Shown piece after piece: positions 20,017 through 28,207 of a stretch of DNA of 64,000 nt; within the stretch, counting starts at the first letter, position 1, and every line of letters starts with the position of its first letter. Location of the stretch: the NCBI GenBank assembly GCA_044230205.1, contig JBGARN010000004.1, positions 10,135 through 74,134 of the forward strand. The letters run 5' to 3'. This DNA comes from Bacteroidia bacterium (lineage in GTDB: Bacteria; Bacteroidota; Bacteroidia; AKYH767-A; OLB10). Under the pieces are notes generated by a model that saw nothing but the letters and a program-made list of their open reading frames with translations, searched no databases and was not told where the DNA came from. Position numbers and translations under genes: made by a program.

Positions 20017-21237
20017 TTAAAAACTCCAGCGCATTCGGAGAAAAACAGAATTGTTCACTGGCTCCACTTCTCCTTCAAAATTTTCTGCAAAGTAGGATTG
20101 CACGTAAAGGTCGAGATCAAAACTGTTGGTGACAGAGTAATTGGCATAGGGGAGTAAAATGATAAGTTTTGTTTCAGGAGAATATACCACTGAAAAATTA
20201 GCACTGAATAACGGGCTGAAGCTCTTTGAAGTTTGCAGCATAAAACTGTAAACATCAGGCATCAGGTTTTTAGCTGAAAGTGTACGGTCAGCAAGCATTA
20301 AAATATTTTGAGGATTGATATCAGCATAACCATTATACAAAGCCGATGCGTTTACATACCAGCCTTTTTTGAAAGAATAGTCTACAGCAATGGAAGCACT
20401 CAATGATCCTGTTGAATCGGTAAATTCTTTTTTAGGATGAAAGTAAGTGGCTTCACCTTTAAAACCTGCCTCGCCAATACTTCCGGCCCAGCCTGCACCT
20501 GCAACAATATCCGTTTTGCAAACACCACCGATAAACTGCAAATCATAACCATGTGTGTTGACGCGGTAACGCAATGCAGCAGTTGCATCATCCTTTTCAT
20601 GCGATGGTGAAAATGCAAAATCAATTCCTGAAAAATCGGTGATGTTATATTCTGCAAGCACGGCATCTGTACCCGGACGTTCTTCGTAATCAAAATCCAG
20701 AAAATTGTAGGAGTTAAAAATGTCATTAGGGTTCCATGTTAAATTGATGCCCCAATTGATGCGTTGCCTTCCAACCCTGAAATGCATTTTATTTTTTTTC
20801 CAGTCAACATTCAAACGATCAAAAGTGGTATTCATCACCATTGAATTTGTTTCAAACCAGTTGAAGGTTAAATCCATATATCCTTCATCATTATTAATCT
20901 GGTCAGCAAAACCGGGAATCATTTTCACCTGGTCACCAACAAATAATCGATTGCGGATACCTGCATTGATTTCGAAATTTTCGGGCAGTGCAATTTTGAA
21001 GTTTAACCTGTTGTGAATTTCATTGGTCAGGTAAATAGAATCGGCATCATCTTTAAAGCTAAAGAGCTGCAGGTCTTTAATGTAACCGTTTATATAAAAC
21101 CATTGCCTTTTAACAACAGAAGAATCATTTTGTGAAATTGCTACCTGACTGTATAATATAAATGCGAAAATGAATATAAGCACTTGTCGCCAAGTCGTTA
21201 TACAATACCAATTTGAAATGCACTTTTCTGATTCCAT
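20017..21237 (-). CDS. outer-membrane beta-barrel / porin-like protein (alginate-export-like GRQRINWG motif)
   Basis: 406 aa with an N-terminal hydrophobic signal, a VGRQRINWG motif, alternating strand pattern and a C-terminal ...FLRMRWSF. Confidence 0.55.
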   Translation of the reverse strand: MESEKCISNWYCITTWRQVLIFIFAFILYSQVAISQNDSSVVKRQWFYINGYIKDLQLFSFKDDADSIYLTNEIHNRLNFKIALPENFEINAGIRNRLFVGDQVKMIPGFADQINNDEGYMDLTFNWFETNSMVMNTTFDRLNVDWKKNKMHFRVGRQRINWGINLTWNPNDIFNSYNFLDFDYEERPGTDAVLAEYNITDFSGIDFAFSPSHEKDDATAALRYRVNTHGYDLQFIGGVCKTDIVAGAGWAGSIGEAGFKGEATYFHPKKEFTDSTGSLSASIAVDYSFKKGWYVNASALYNGYADINPQNILMLADRTLSAKNLMPDVYSFMLQTSKSFSPLFSANFSVVYSPETKLIILLPYANYSVTNSFDLDLYVQSYFAENFEGEVEPVNNSVFLRMRWSF

Positions 21238-21249
21238 TATTTCTACCCA

Positions 21250-21626
21250 AATGTCGCCCCTATGGGGCTTCTGAAATTTGTCTGTTTACTCTTCTACCAT
21301 AATGTCGCCCCTAAGGGGCTTTTTGATTTTTTCTTTTTATTCTCCTGCCAAAATGTTGCCCCAACGGGGCTTCTGAAATTTGTCTGTTTACTCTTCTACC
21401 ATAATGTCGCCCCTAAGGGGCTTTTTGATTTTTTTCTTTTTATTCTCCTACCCAATTGTCGCCCCTAGGGGGCTTCTGAAATTTGTCTTTTTACTCTTCT
21501 ACCATAATGTCGCCCCTAAGGGGCTTTCTGATTTTTTCTTTTTATTCTCCTACCAAAATGTTGCCCCAACGGGGCTTCTGAAATTCGTTTATTTATTCTT
21601 CATTCGTAATGTCGTTAATATGTGAC
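21250..21626. repeat. head-to-tail REP array: 7 intact + 1 decayed units, 51-bp period, alternating A/B linkers
   Basis: AATGT(C/T)GCCCC-NNN-GGGGCTT hairpins have stems starting at 21256, 21307, 21358, 21409, 21461, 21512 and 21563. A decayed AATGTCG is at 21608. Linkers alternate CTTCTGAAATTTGTCTGTTTACTCTTCTACCAT and TTTTGATTTTTTCTTTTTATTCTCCT. Confidence 0.9.
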
Positions 21627-21653
21627 TTTATAGTTTCTCAGTATTTTAAATAC

Positions 21654-21724
21654 AAAGTGCCATAGGCACGAGATTATGGTAAAGTAGTAACAACTTAAAT
21701 AACTAAAGTGCCGTAGGCACGACA
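21654..21724. repeat. two REP-like hairpins of a second type (AAAGTGCC-NTA-GGCACGA), 51 bp apart, adjacent to the RAYT 3' end
   Basis: GTGCC ATA GGCAC at 21657-21669 and GTGCC GTA GGCAC at 21708-21720. The last one ends 18 nt from the RAYT stop codon. Confidence 0.75.
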
Positions 21725-21737
21725 TTTTATTAAATCA

Positions 21738-22199
21738 TCATTCATAAAATTCAAATAAATACTTATCATCATAAGCCACGTCAAAGCTTTTTAACATCTC
21801 AAGATATTCTTCCCGGAATGTTTTATTGCGATGATGTTCTTCCTGGTTCATTATATAATTTATTACAACATCTCGCTGGCTCTTCGAATAAGAAAATGCT
21901 CCGTAACCTTCTTGCCACTGAAATTTTCCCTTAACAAATTTTTTTTCATTGATCCATTTTGAACTATTTGCTTTAACTGTTTTCATTATCTCTGAAATAG
22001 CCAATGATGGTGGCAAGCCAAAAAAAATATGGACATGATCTTTCCATCCACCAACCGAAAGCGATTTTGCCCCGACCTCTGTAATAATACCGGAGATATA
22101 TTTGTGTAAATTATCGCGCCAAGATTGATTGATTATATTTTCACGGGATTGAACTGCGAATACAGCATGAATTGAAATTTGTGAATAGGTGTTTGCCAT
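21738..22199 (-). mobile_element. IS200-like Y1 (HUH) transposase of the REP-associated tyrosine transposase (RAYT) type
   Basis: 153 aa with an HUH motif in DHVHIFF and a catalytic-Tyr region QEGYGAFSYSKSQ. It is a single gene with no TnpB and lies beside the REP array. Confidence 0.85.
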
Positions 22200-22310
22200 T
22201 TTAATAATTAGATTGATATTCTGGATTTGTTTTCACCATCATGATATGCTAACTGGACTTTTATATTTTTGCAGAAAGTAGCCATTTCTGGATTTTATAT
22301 TCAGCTTTTG

Positions 22311-23024
22311 TTAGCCCTGACTGGCATGTTCCACTTTTTTATTCATCGAGTCGGACTCAATCTTTCCATCCACCAAAGTAATAACACGATGTGCACGTTC
22401 TATCACGCGTGCATCATGCGTTGAAAAAATAAAAGTCATGTCTTCTTCTTTATTCAGTTTACTCATAATGTCCAACAGGTTAGCGGCTGATTTTGAATCA
22501 AGATTTGCTGTGGGTTCATCAGCAAGAATAAACTGAGGCTTTGATGCCAACGCACGTGCTACTGCTACGCGTTGCTGTTGCCCACCTGATAATTGTGAAG
22601 GCCTTGCATCAAGTTTATCTCCTAATCCAACATCATTCAATAAATTTTTTGCCCGCTCTTCGCGTTCTTTTTTCAAACGCTTTTGCAGCAGCATTATGAA
22701 TTCCACATTTTCTTTGGCAGTAAGCACAGGCACCAGGTTGAACGACTGAAAAATAAATCCAATATTATTCAACCTGAAATCAATCAATGCATTTTCACTA
22801 AGTGCTGTTATGTCAACATTGTTTACGAGCACTTGCCCTGTTGTTGGTTTATCCAGTCCACCCAATATATTAAGTAGGGTAGTTTTACCTGAACCTGAGG
22901 GGCCTACCAATGCTGTGAACTCTCCCTTTTCTATATGCAAATGCACACCGTTAATCGCATTAACCGGGACTGTATCCGGATTATAAACCTTCGAAATATT
23001 ATGTGCATCAATAACTGTATTCAT
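22311..23024 (-). CDS. ABC transporter ATP-binding protein (LolD/MacB-type)
   Basis: Walker A GPSGSGKTT, LSGGQQQRVAVARAL and Walker B ILADEPT. It overlaps the upstream permease by 4 nt. Confidence 0.9.
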   Translation of the reverse strand: MNTVIDAHNISKVYNPDTVPVNAINGVHLHIEKGEFTALVGPSGSGKTTLLNILGGLDKPTTGQVLVNNVDITALSENALIDFRLNNIGFIFQSFNLVPVLTAKENVEFIMLLQKRLKKEREERAKNLLNDVGLGDKLDARPSQLSGGQQQRVAVARALASKPQFILADEPTANLDSKSAANLLDIMSKLNKEEDMTFIFSTHDARVIERAHRVITLVDGKIESDSMNKKVEHASQG

Positions 23025-24265
23025 ATTTTAATTGTTTGAGCAGGATTTAATTTAAGTGCTTTAAGAGCTGGTAGTATGGACGAAAGAATGGCTGCAATGC
23101 TTACCAGTAATAAAACCTGCAGGTAACTGTTGATAGGGAGATCTGTATAAATTATATTGCTGTAGCCGAATCGTGCTAGGGCCTTACCGGAAATTGCAGT
23201 TAAATCAATACCGTGTTTTCCGAACCATGTGATAAAACTGTAAGCGAATAAAAATCCGAAAGGTACACCTGTGAGCACCAAAAAAATTGTTTCAATCACA
23301 ACAAGTAAGAAAACCCGAATGCGGTTCATGCCCAAAGCAATCATCATTCCTATTTCTCGTGTGCGCTCTAAAATGGCCATAAGCATGGTATTGATGATAC
23401 CAAAAGTTAGTGCCAACAAAATAATACCAACGATGATAAGTGCTGCAATGTCAGATGTTTCTTCAATCAATCCTGTTTCAGGTGCAACTTCACGCCACGA
23501 CTCTATTTTTAGTTGCTGGAAATTATTTTTCAGGTTTTGAATTACCGGTTCAATTACTTCATCCTTTTGCAACAGTACTGCAATTTCATTTACACCTTCA
23601 CTCATCTGCACCAGTGAGCGGATATCATCAGCAAGAATAAATGCATTGTATTCTTCCTGTATTGAACTGGTTGATTTATATATTCCCGTAATCCGGAACG
23701 CGCCCGATACTAAATTGTTTTCCTTATCCTGGAATGTAATTACAACTTTATTTTTCAGTTTCAATTTCATTTTGTCGGCAAGTGCTTTGCCAACCAGTAT
23801 GCGGTTTTTTTTATCACCAGAAAAATACTCGCCTTCGGCAATACGATTAGATAACCCTGTGAGTTTGCCTTCATCAACAGCATCAATACCTGTAATTTTT
23901 ATTCCATTACTACCGCGTGCATTGGCAATCATGGCCGTAACATTTAACCGCATGGCAAATGCTTTTACAGCACTATTACTTTGTAAAGCTGTTTTAATTT
24001 TAACTGCTCCATCAATAAGTTTCCATTCTTCGTCTTCAATATCGAAAGCGCTGTTGTGAATCTGAATGTGTGATGTTTCTTCAGTAATAGTGGTAGCTAA
24101 TTTACTTTGCATCATTCCATAATAGATGGACATAATTACAGTGCCCGCCCAAATTCCTGTTATTACCGAAAGGATAATAACTAGGCTGCGCACTTTATTG
24201 CGCCACAAATTTCGCCAGGCTATGGTGAACAGTATTTTCATTTTCAATTTACTTTCGCATGGCAT
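23021..24265 (-). CDS. ABC transporter permease, FtsX/MacB-type (LolC/E-like)
   Basis: 414 aa. N-terminal AWRNLWRNKVRS motif, a large periplasmic loop and a C-terminal 3-TM FtsX domain. The start may be the internal MKILF at 24241. Confidence 0.85.
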   Translation of the reverse strand: MPCESKLKMKILFTIAWRNLWRNKVRSLVIILSVITGIWAGTVIMSIYYGMMQSKLATTITEETSHIQIHNSAFDIEDEEWKLIDGAVKIKTALQSNSAVKAFAMRLNVTAMIANARGSNGIKITGIDAVDEGKLTGLSNRIAEGEYFSGDKKNRILVGKALADKMKLKLKNKVVITFQDKENNLVSGAFRITGIYKSTSSIQEEYNAFILADDIRSLVQMSEGVNEIAVLLQKDEVIEPVIQNLKNNFQQLKIESWREVAPETGLIEETSDIAALIIVGIILLALTFGIINTMLMAILERTREIGMMIALGMNRIRVFLLVVIETIFLVLTGVPFGFLFAYSFITWFGKHGIDLTAISGKALARFGYSNIIYTDLPINSYLQVLLLVSIAAILSSILPALKALKLNPAQTIKI

Positions 24266-25463
24266 TCACCGCTTTCATGCTTTTTATTTTTACAAGAGGA
24301 TACATAAACAAAACCATAGAGATGACGAGTACAATTATTCCCTGGTTGATAAAAATATCGGGATCAACCGATGTTGGAAATATGGGTTCGAATCCGAACT
24401 TTTCATAGGTTGCTGCAAGATCACCTCCAACACGTATAGGATGCAGGTTAAAGTAGGATACCACAGGAATACTAATTGCAACACCAACAATGCAGCCTGT
24501 GAATGATGTAATAAGCGCTTCAAAGAAAAGCATAAGGGCAATGCGCATGCGCGACATGCCAATGGCCAATAGCATACCCAATTCGTATTGCCGTTCGGCC
24601 ATCAGCATTAATAGCGTGCTGAAAATACCGAAAGACACCAGCAGGTATAAAATGCCAATTATAATCATTGTGCTGGCTGTGTCTGTTTCAATGTGCTGTT
24701 CAATTTCCGGCATCATTTCTTTCCATGTCATTACTTCATAATCATTGCCGGTTAATTTTGAAATCCTGTTACGGGTTTCATCCATCATCATTTCATTGTT
24801 CATCTCAATTGCAAAAGCACTTGCCATATTTTCAGTTCCCAAAAGCTCGTTGGCATTTTTTATATGGATAAACATGGCTTTATTATTCAGTTCGGGTGAA
24901 CCGAATTTTAAAATGCCTTTTACAACAAACTGTCCTGCTGCCGTTGCACCATGATAACCTTGACCGAGGACAATTATCGTGTCGTTTAATTTTACCTGGA
25001 GCTTGGTTCCAATACCCTCACCAATAATTGCAGCATTGTTTTCGTCTGTCAGATAGCTTCCCTGTTTAATTTTTTTATCAAGATGGATGATTTGTTTTTC
25101 TCTTTCAGCATCAATACCCACTACAAGTCCGCCCTGCGTTTTTTCGCCCGATGATATCAATGCAAACGATTCGAGCCGGGGCGAAATCAATTTTACATTT
25201 TCATCGCTCTCAATTTTTTTAATGAGTTCGTCAGTAACAGTAAATGCATTGTCAATTATTTTTTCATTCCAGTAACCGTTCTTATGCACCTGCACATAAC
25301 CTGAATAATAACTCACCACATTTTTAATAAGGTTTCCGAAAATGCCATCCTGGAACGAAGTAGTAAGCACAGAAAGCAAAACCGCAAAAAACACTGCTGC
25401 CATTGTAATCAGTGTGCGGTTACGGTTGCGCCATAAATTTCGCCATGCAAGTGTTATAAACAT
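24249..25463 (-). CDS. ABC transporter permease, FtsX/MacB-type (LolC/E-like)
   Basis: 404 aa with LAWRNLWRNRNRT and the same architecture as the downstream paralogue. Confidence 0.85.
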   Translation of the reverse strand: MFITLAWRNLWRNRNRTLITMAAVFFAVLLSVLTTSFQDGIFGNLIKNVVSYYSGYVQVHKNGYWNEKIIDNAFTVTDELIKKIESDENVKLISPRLESFALISSGEKTQGGLVVGIDAEREKQIIHLDKKIKQGSYLTDENNAAIIGEGIGTKLQVKLNDTIIVLGQGYHGATAAGQFVVKGILKFGSPELNNKAMFIHIKNANELLGTENMASAFAIEMNNEMMMDETRNRISKLTGNDYEVMTWKEMMPEIEQHIETDTASTMIIIGILYLLVSFGIFSTLLMLMAERQYELGMLLAIGMSRMRIALMLFFEALITSFTGCIVGVAISIPVVSYFNLHPIRVGGDLAATYEKFGFEPIFPTSVDPDIFINQGIIVLVISMVLFMYPLVKIKSMKAVNAMRK

Positions 25464-25474
25464 AACTCAGTGTT

Positions 25475-26189
25475 TCATTTCAGCGCTTTCATTTGCTGCG
25501 TTGTAAAAAAATTATCGTCAATCGGTTTATCAAAAATCATTTTCCGGTATTCGATAATGGTTTTATTACCGGGCTTATCAGCCGGAATCATTTCAAGTTT
25601 TACAGGAATAATTCTTCCACCCATTTCTTTAACCTCAGTTGAAGTCATCACATTCACCAGCTCGTTTTCATCATCATAAAATTCACTTTTCATCTGCAGG
25701 TAATCTTTCTTATCAATGTAAATTATAATACGGTTCCACACCACAGCGGCCTGAGGCTTTGCAATCAACTCCAGTTTCCAGCATGTTCGATTCCCAATAG
25801 TTGCCTCCCCAAGAATCTTCGAATCGAAATCATCAGCAATAGATGCTTCCTTTACTAAATCATCATTGGTAAAATCAGTCCCCATCCAGCTTTGCGACAT
25901 CATTGATGGTGGTAATTTGATGGAACGTTCTAAAAGTAGTGCCTTTGTCTTTTTGCGGAGTTACAATGTAAATAAGTGAATACTCCGTTCCTTTCATCCA
26001 AACCTTCATTTCCATTTCGCGACTCCAGCTTGGCCTCACTGTTTTAATCACCATCTCACCCTGCAAAGTTTTTCCACGCATTTTGTCTTCGCTGGTTTTA
26101 ATTATGGTAGAAGCATCCTGCGCCCGGAGTGAATTAAATAGTGAACTCCATAACTGAAAGCACAAGAAAACAACCGCCTGAATTTTCAT
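25475..26189 (-). pseudogene. LolA-like outer-membrane lipoprotein-sorting protein, reading frame broken near 25900-25930
   Basis: Two overlapping ORFs (25875..26210 and 25475..25903) together give one ~245-aa LolA-like protein. The signal peptide is MKIQAVVFLCFQL. The downstream frame reads ERSIKLPPSMMSQSWMGTDFTNDDL. The frames diverge right after KDKGTTF. Confidence 0.6.
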
Positions 26190-26307
26190 AACATGAACAG
26201 TAATTATCAATTACAAATATGCTTAAAAAGCAGTTAAGAATACTGATGAATACTATGAAAGCGTATGATATTTATCAAAGGAAAAATTGATAAAGCAATT
26301 AAAAAAG

Positions 26308-27312
26308 TCAGCTTAAAATTTTCCTGGCTTGCTGTACGTCAGCTTTCATCTGTTCAATGAGGCTCTCCTTATCAGGAAATTTTAATTCATCACGTAATCG
26401 TTCTGCAAAAGTGATGGTGATAGTTTCACCATAAATGTCTTTATCAAAATCAAGAATAAAAACTTCAATGCTGCGTGCGCCATTATCAAAAGTGGGACGG
26501 GTGCCGATGTTGAGTGCGCCAAACAAGGTTTCGGCACTTCGACTTCGCTCAGTGTGACCCTTGTTTAGGGTTCGAAGTTGCTGCGTGTCCGAATTGCCAG
26601 TTGCCCATTGCCCATTGCCCATTGCCACCTTTACTGCATACACCCCGTTAGCCGGAATAAGTTTATAATTTTCTACCTGGATGTTTGCTGTAGGAAAGCC
26701 AAGCTGGCGTCCTAATTTATGTCCCTCTACCACTTTACCGGTAAGAGCATACGGATATCCTAAAAATTCGGTGGCTATATGCACGTTACCTTCAAGCAAG
26801 GCATTTCTTATTTTGGTACTGCTTACGGCCACATCATGCACATCCTGTTCGGGTATTTGTTCTACTTCGAAATTGTATAAAGGGGCAAGATCGGCAAGTT
26901 CGTTAAAGCTGCCTTCGCGGTTGCGGCCAAAATGATGATCGTAACCGATTACCAATTTTTTTACACCTAACTTATTAACGAGTATGTCGCGAACAAATTC
27001 AGTGGAGCTTAATCTTGAAAATTGTTTTGAAAACGGGTGTACAATCAGATGGTCAACTCCGTATTGCTCCAGCAAAAGTTTTTTTTCGTCAAGTGTGTTT
27101 AACAATTGCAATCCATGATCATCAGGAAACAATACCATACGCGGATGCGGGAAAAAAGTAAGCACCACCACCTCGCCATTATTTGCAGTTGCAATTTCTT
27201 TAAGCCGCTGAATAATTTTCTGATGGCCAATATGCACACCATCAAATGTGCCGATAGTTACAACGGCTTCATTAACCGGTACGAATTCTTCTATGGAGTT
27301 GTAAACTTTCAA
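26308..27312 (-). CDS. ribF: bifunctional riboflavin kinase / FMN adenylyltransferase carrying an in-frame ~28-aa insertion
   Basis: GTFDGVHIGHQ, FFPHPR and the kinase-domain motifs GFPTANI and NIGTRPTF. There are 38 residues between AVKV and GALNIGTRPT, against 10 in E. coli RibF as I recall it. Confidence 0.9.
   Translation of the reverse strand: MKVYNSIEEFVPVNEAVVTIGTFDGVHIGHQKIIQRLKEIATANNGEVVVLTFFPHPRMVLFPDDHGLQLLNTLDEKKLLLEQYGVDHLIVHPFSKQFSRLSSTEFVRDILVNKLGVKKLVIGYDHHFGRNREGSFNELADLAPLYNFEVEQIPEQDVHDVAVSSTKIRNALLEGNVHIATEFLGYPYALTGKVVEGHKLGRQLGFPTANIQVENYKLIPANGVYAVKVAMGNGQWATGNSDTQQLRTLNKGHTERSRSAETLFGALNIGTRPTFDNGARSIEVFILDFDKDIYGETITITFAERLRDELKFPDKESLIEQMKADVQQARKILS
26592..26626. 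repeat. heptanucleotide tandem repeat (NATTGCC)x5 inside ribF
   Basis: AATTGCC AGTTGCC CATTGCC CATTGCC CATTGCC on the plus strand. It encodes GNGQWATGN on the coding strand. Confidence 0.85.
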
Positions 27313-27375
27313 GCAGTGAATTTAGTTGATGCAAATGAGAGGAAAATTGTTTAAAGTGGAAAGGGGAAGTCTGAG

Positions 27376-28020
27376 TCACGGATTAAAGTAAATCGAGTTG
27401 TCAATATAAAAGACAGTATCAATAAATCTCAAGATTCCATTTTCAGTTAAAACGTTTTCATCATGTAAGTCTTAAACAATTATTCCTAATGCCGAATTGA
27501 AATAGTCATGATTCCTTGTGTTTATAAATCCATTGTTTTCCATAAATTGCTTTACTTTTTCCAGGTCGGTTTGTTCTGTGGCTTTAACAAAAGGTTGTGA
27601 AACCAATGCGTAAAGTATTTCCCTGTCTTGATAAAAACCCTCAAGCGTATAAGCGGTGTCAGGAAAAAAATAATTGTGCAACAGGAGGTTGATAAAATAA
27701 TCCTCCCAGGAGGAATAGTAAATGGAATCGTTCAGTTTATAAACAAAATGTCCGCTTTTCAGATAAACTTTTTGCTCTGCCCCCTCTGAAATATAATTTT
27801 CTAGCGGAATAGAATTAATCCAGAGATTATGTTCGCTGATAAAACCTTTCAGGATTTGGGTTTCCTGTGCTTTGTACTGCTTTGTTTTTGTAGCCATTGA
27901 GCTTGCTGGCGCGCTTGCTCTAAGGTAACAGGCGGCTGTTTGGATAATTGCTCCATGGCCAACTTTGTTCTTTCCTGAAATGATATCTTGTAGTTCATGT
28001 TTTATTTTTTGCACATACAA
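27376..28020 (-). pseudogene. kinase-like protein (polyvalent-protein-kinase-like) interrupted by an in-frame TAA
   Basis: The ORF 27472..28020 ends ...NSALGIIV-TAA. The same frame then continues DLHDENVLTENGILRFIDTVFYIDNSIYFNP to the TGA at 27376-27378. GAEQKVY and DLHDEN/FID resemble glycine-loop and catalytic/DFG-like kinase motifs. Confidence 0.55.
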
Positions 28021-28207
28021 ATATAGTTAATAGCTTGATCAGGCAATTAATCTCTCCGAGTATGAGTTACCATACAATCTGTATACTCAGCCGCATTGCC
28101 TTCCTGTAACAATTTACGGGCTTCTGCAAAATGCCAGCACAATTATTCTGCCTGCATTATGCTAATCCCAGCAACATTTAACGATAGCCAAAGTTTAAAC
28201 TCAACTA

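Noticed and set aside
21262-21625. ORFs 21262..21468 (68 aa) and 21380..21625 (81 aa) with repetitive …YHNVAPKGL…FLFS… translations.
   Set aside because: They are translations of the REP array itself, so their periodicity mirrors the 51/102-bp DNA repeat. They have no start context and no protein-like composition.
21250-21726. Possible CRISPR array, given regularly spaced GC-rich palindromic repeats with a ~51-bp period.
   Set aside because: The spacers are not unique. They alternate between two conserved linker sequences. The repeat core is only ~21 bp, no cas genes are nearby, and the adjacent gene is an IS200-like RAYT. The structure is a REP/BIME-like array.
24385-24395. GGTTCGAATCC, the canonical tRNA T-arm/T-loop sequence.
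   Set aside because: It lies inside the FtsX permease CDS (24249..25463). The flanking bases (ATGGG...CCGAA) cannot form the T stem. No acceptor, D or anticodon arms can be drawn around it.
28021-28207. Possible small gene or gene remnant between the kinase-like gene and the TonB-dependent-receptor-like gene. A protein-like stretch (…HFAEARKLLQEGNAAEYTDCMVTHTRRD) appears on the minus strand.
   Set aside because: The open frame is only ~30 codons, bounded by a stop immediately upstream, and has no start codon context. The evidence is insufficient.
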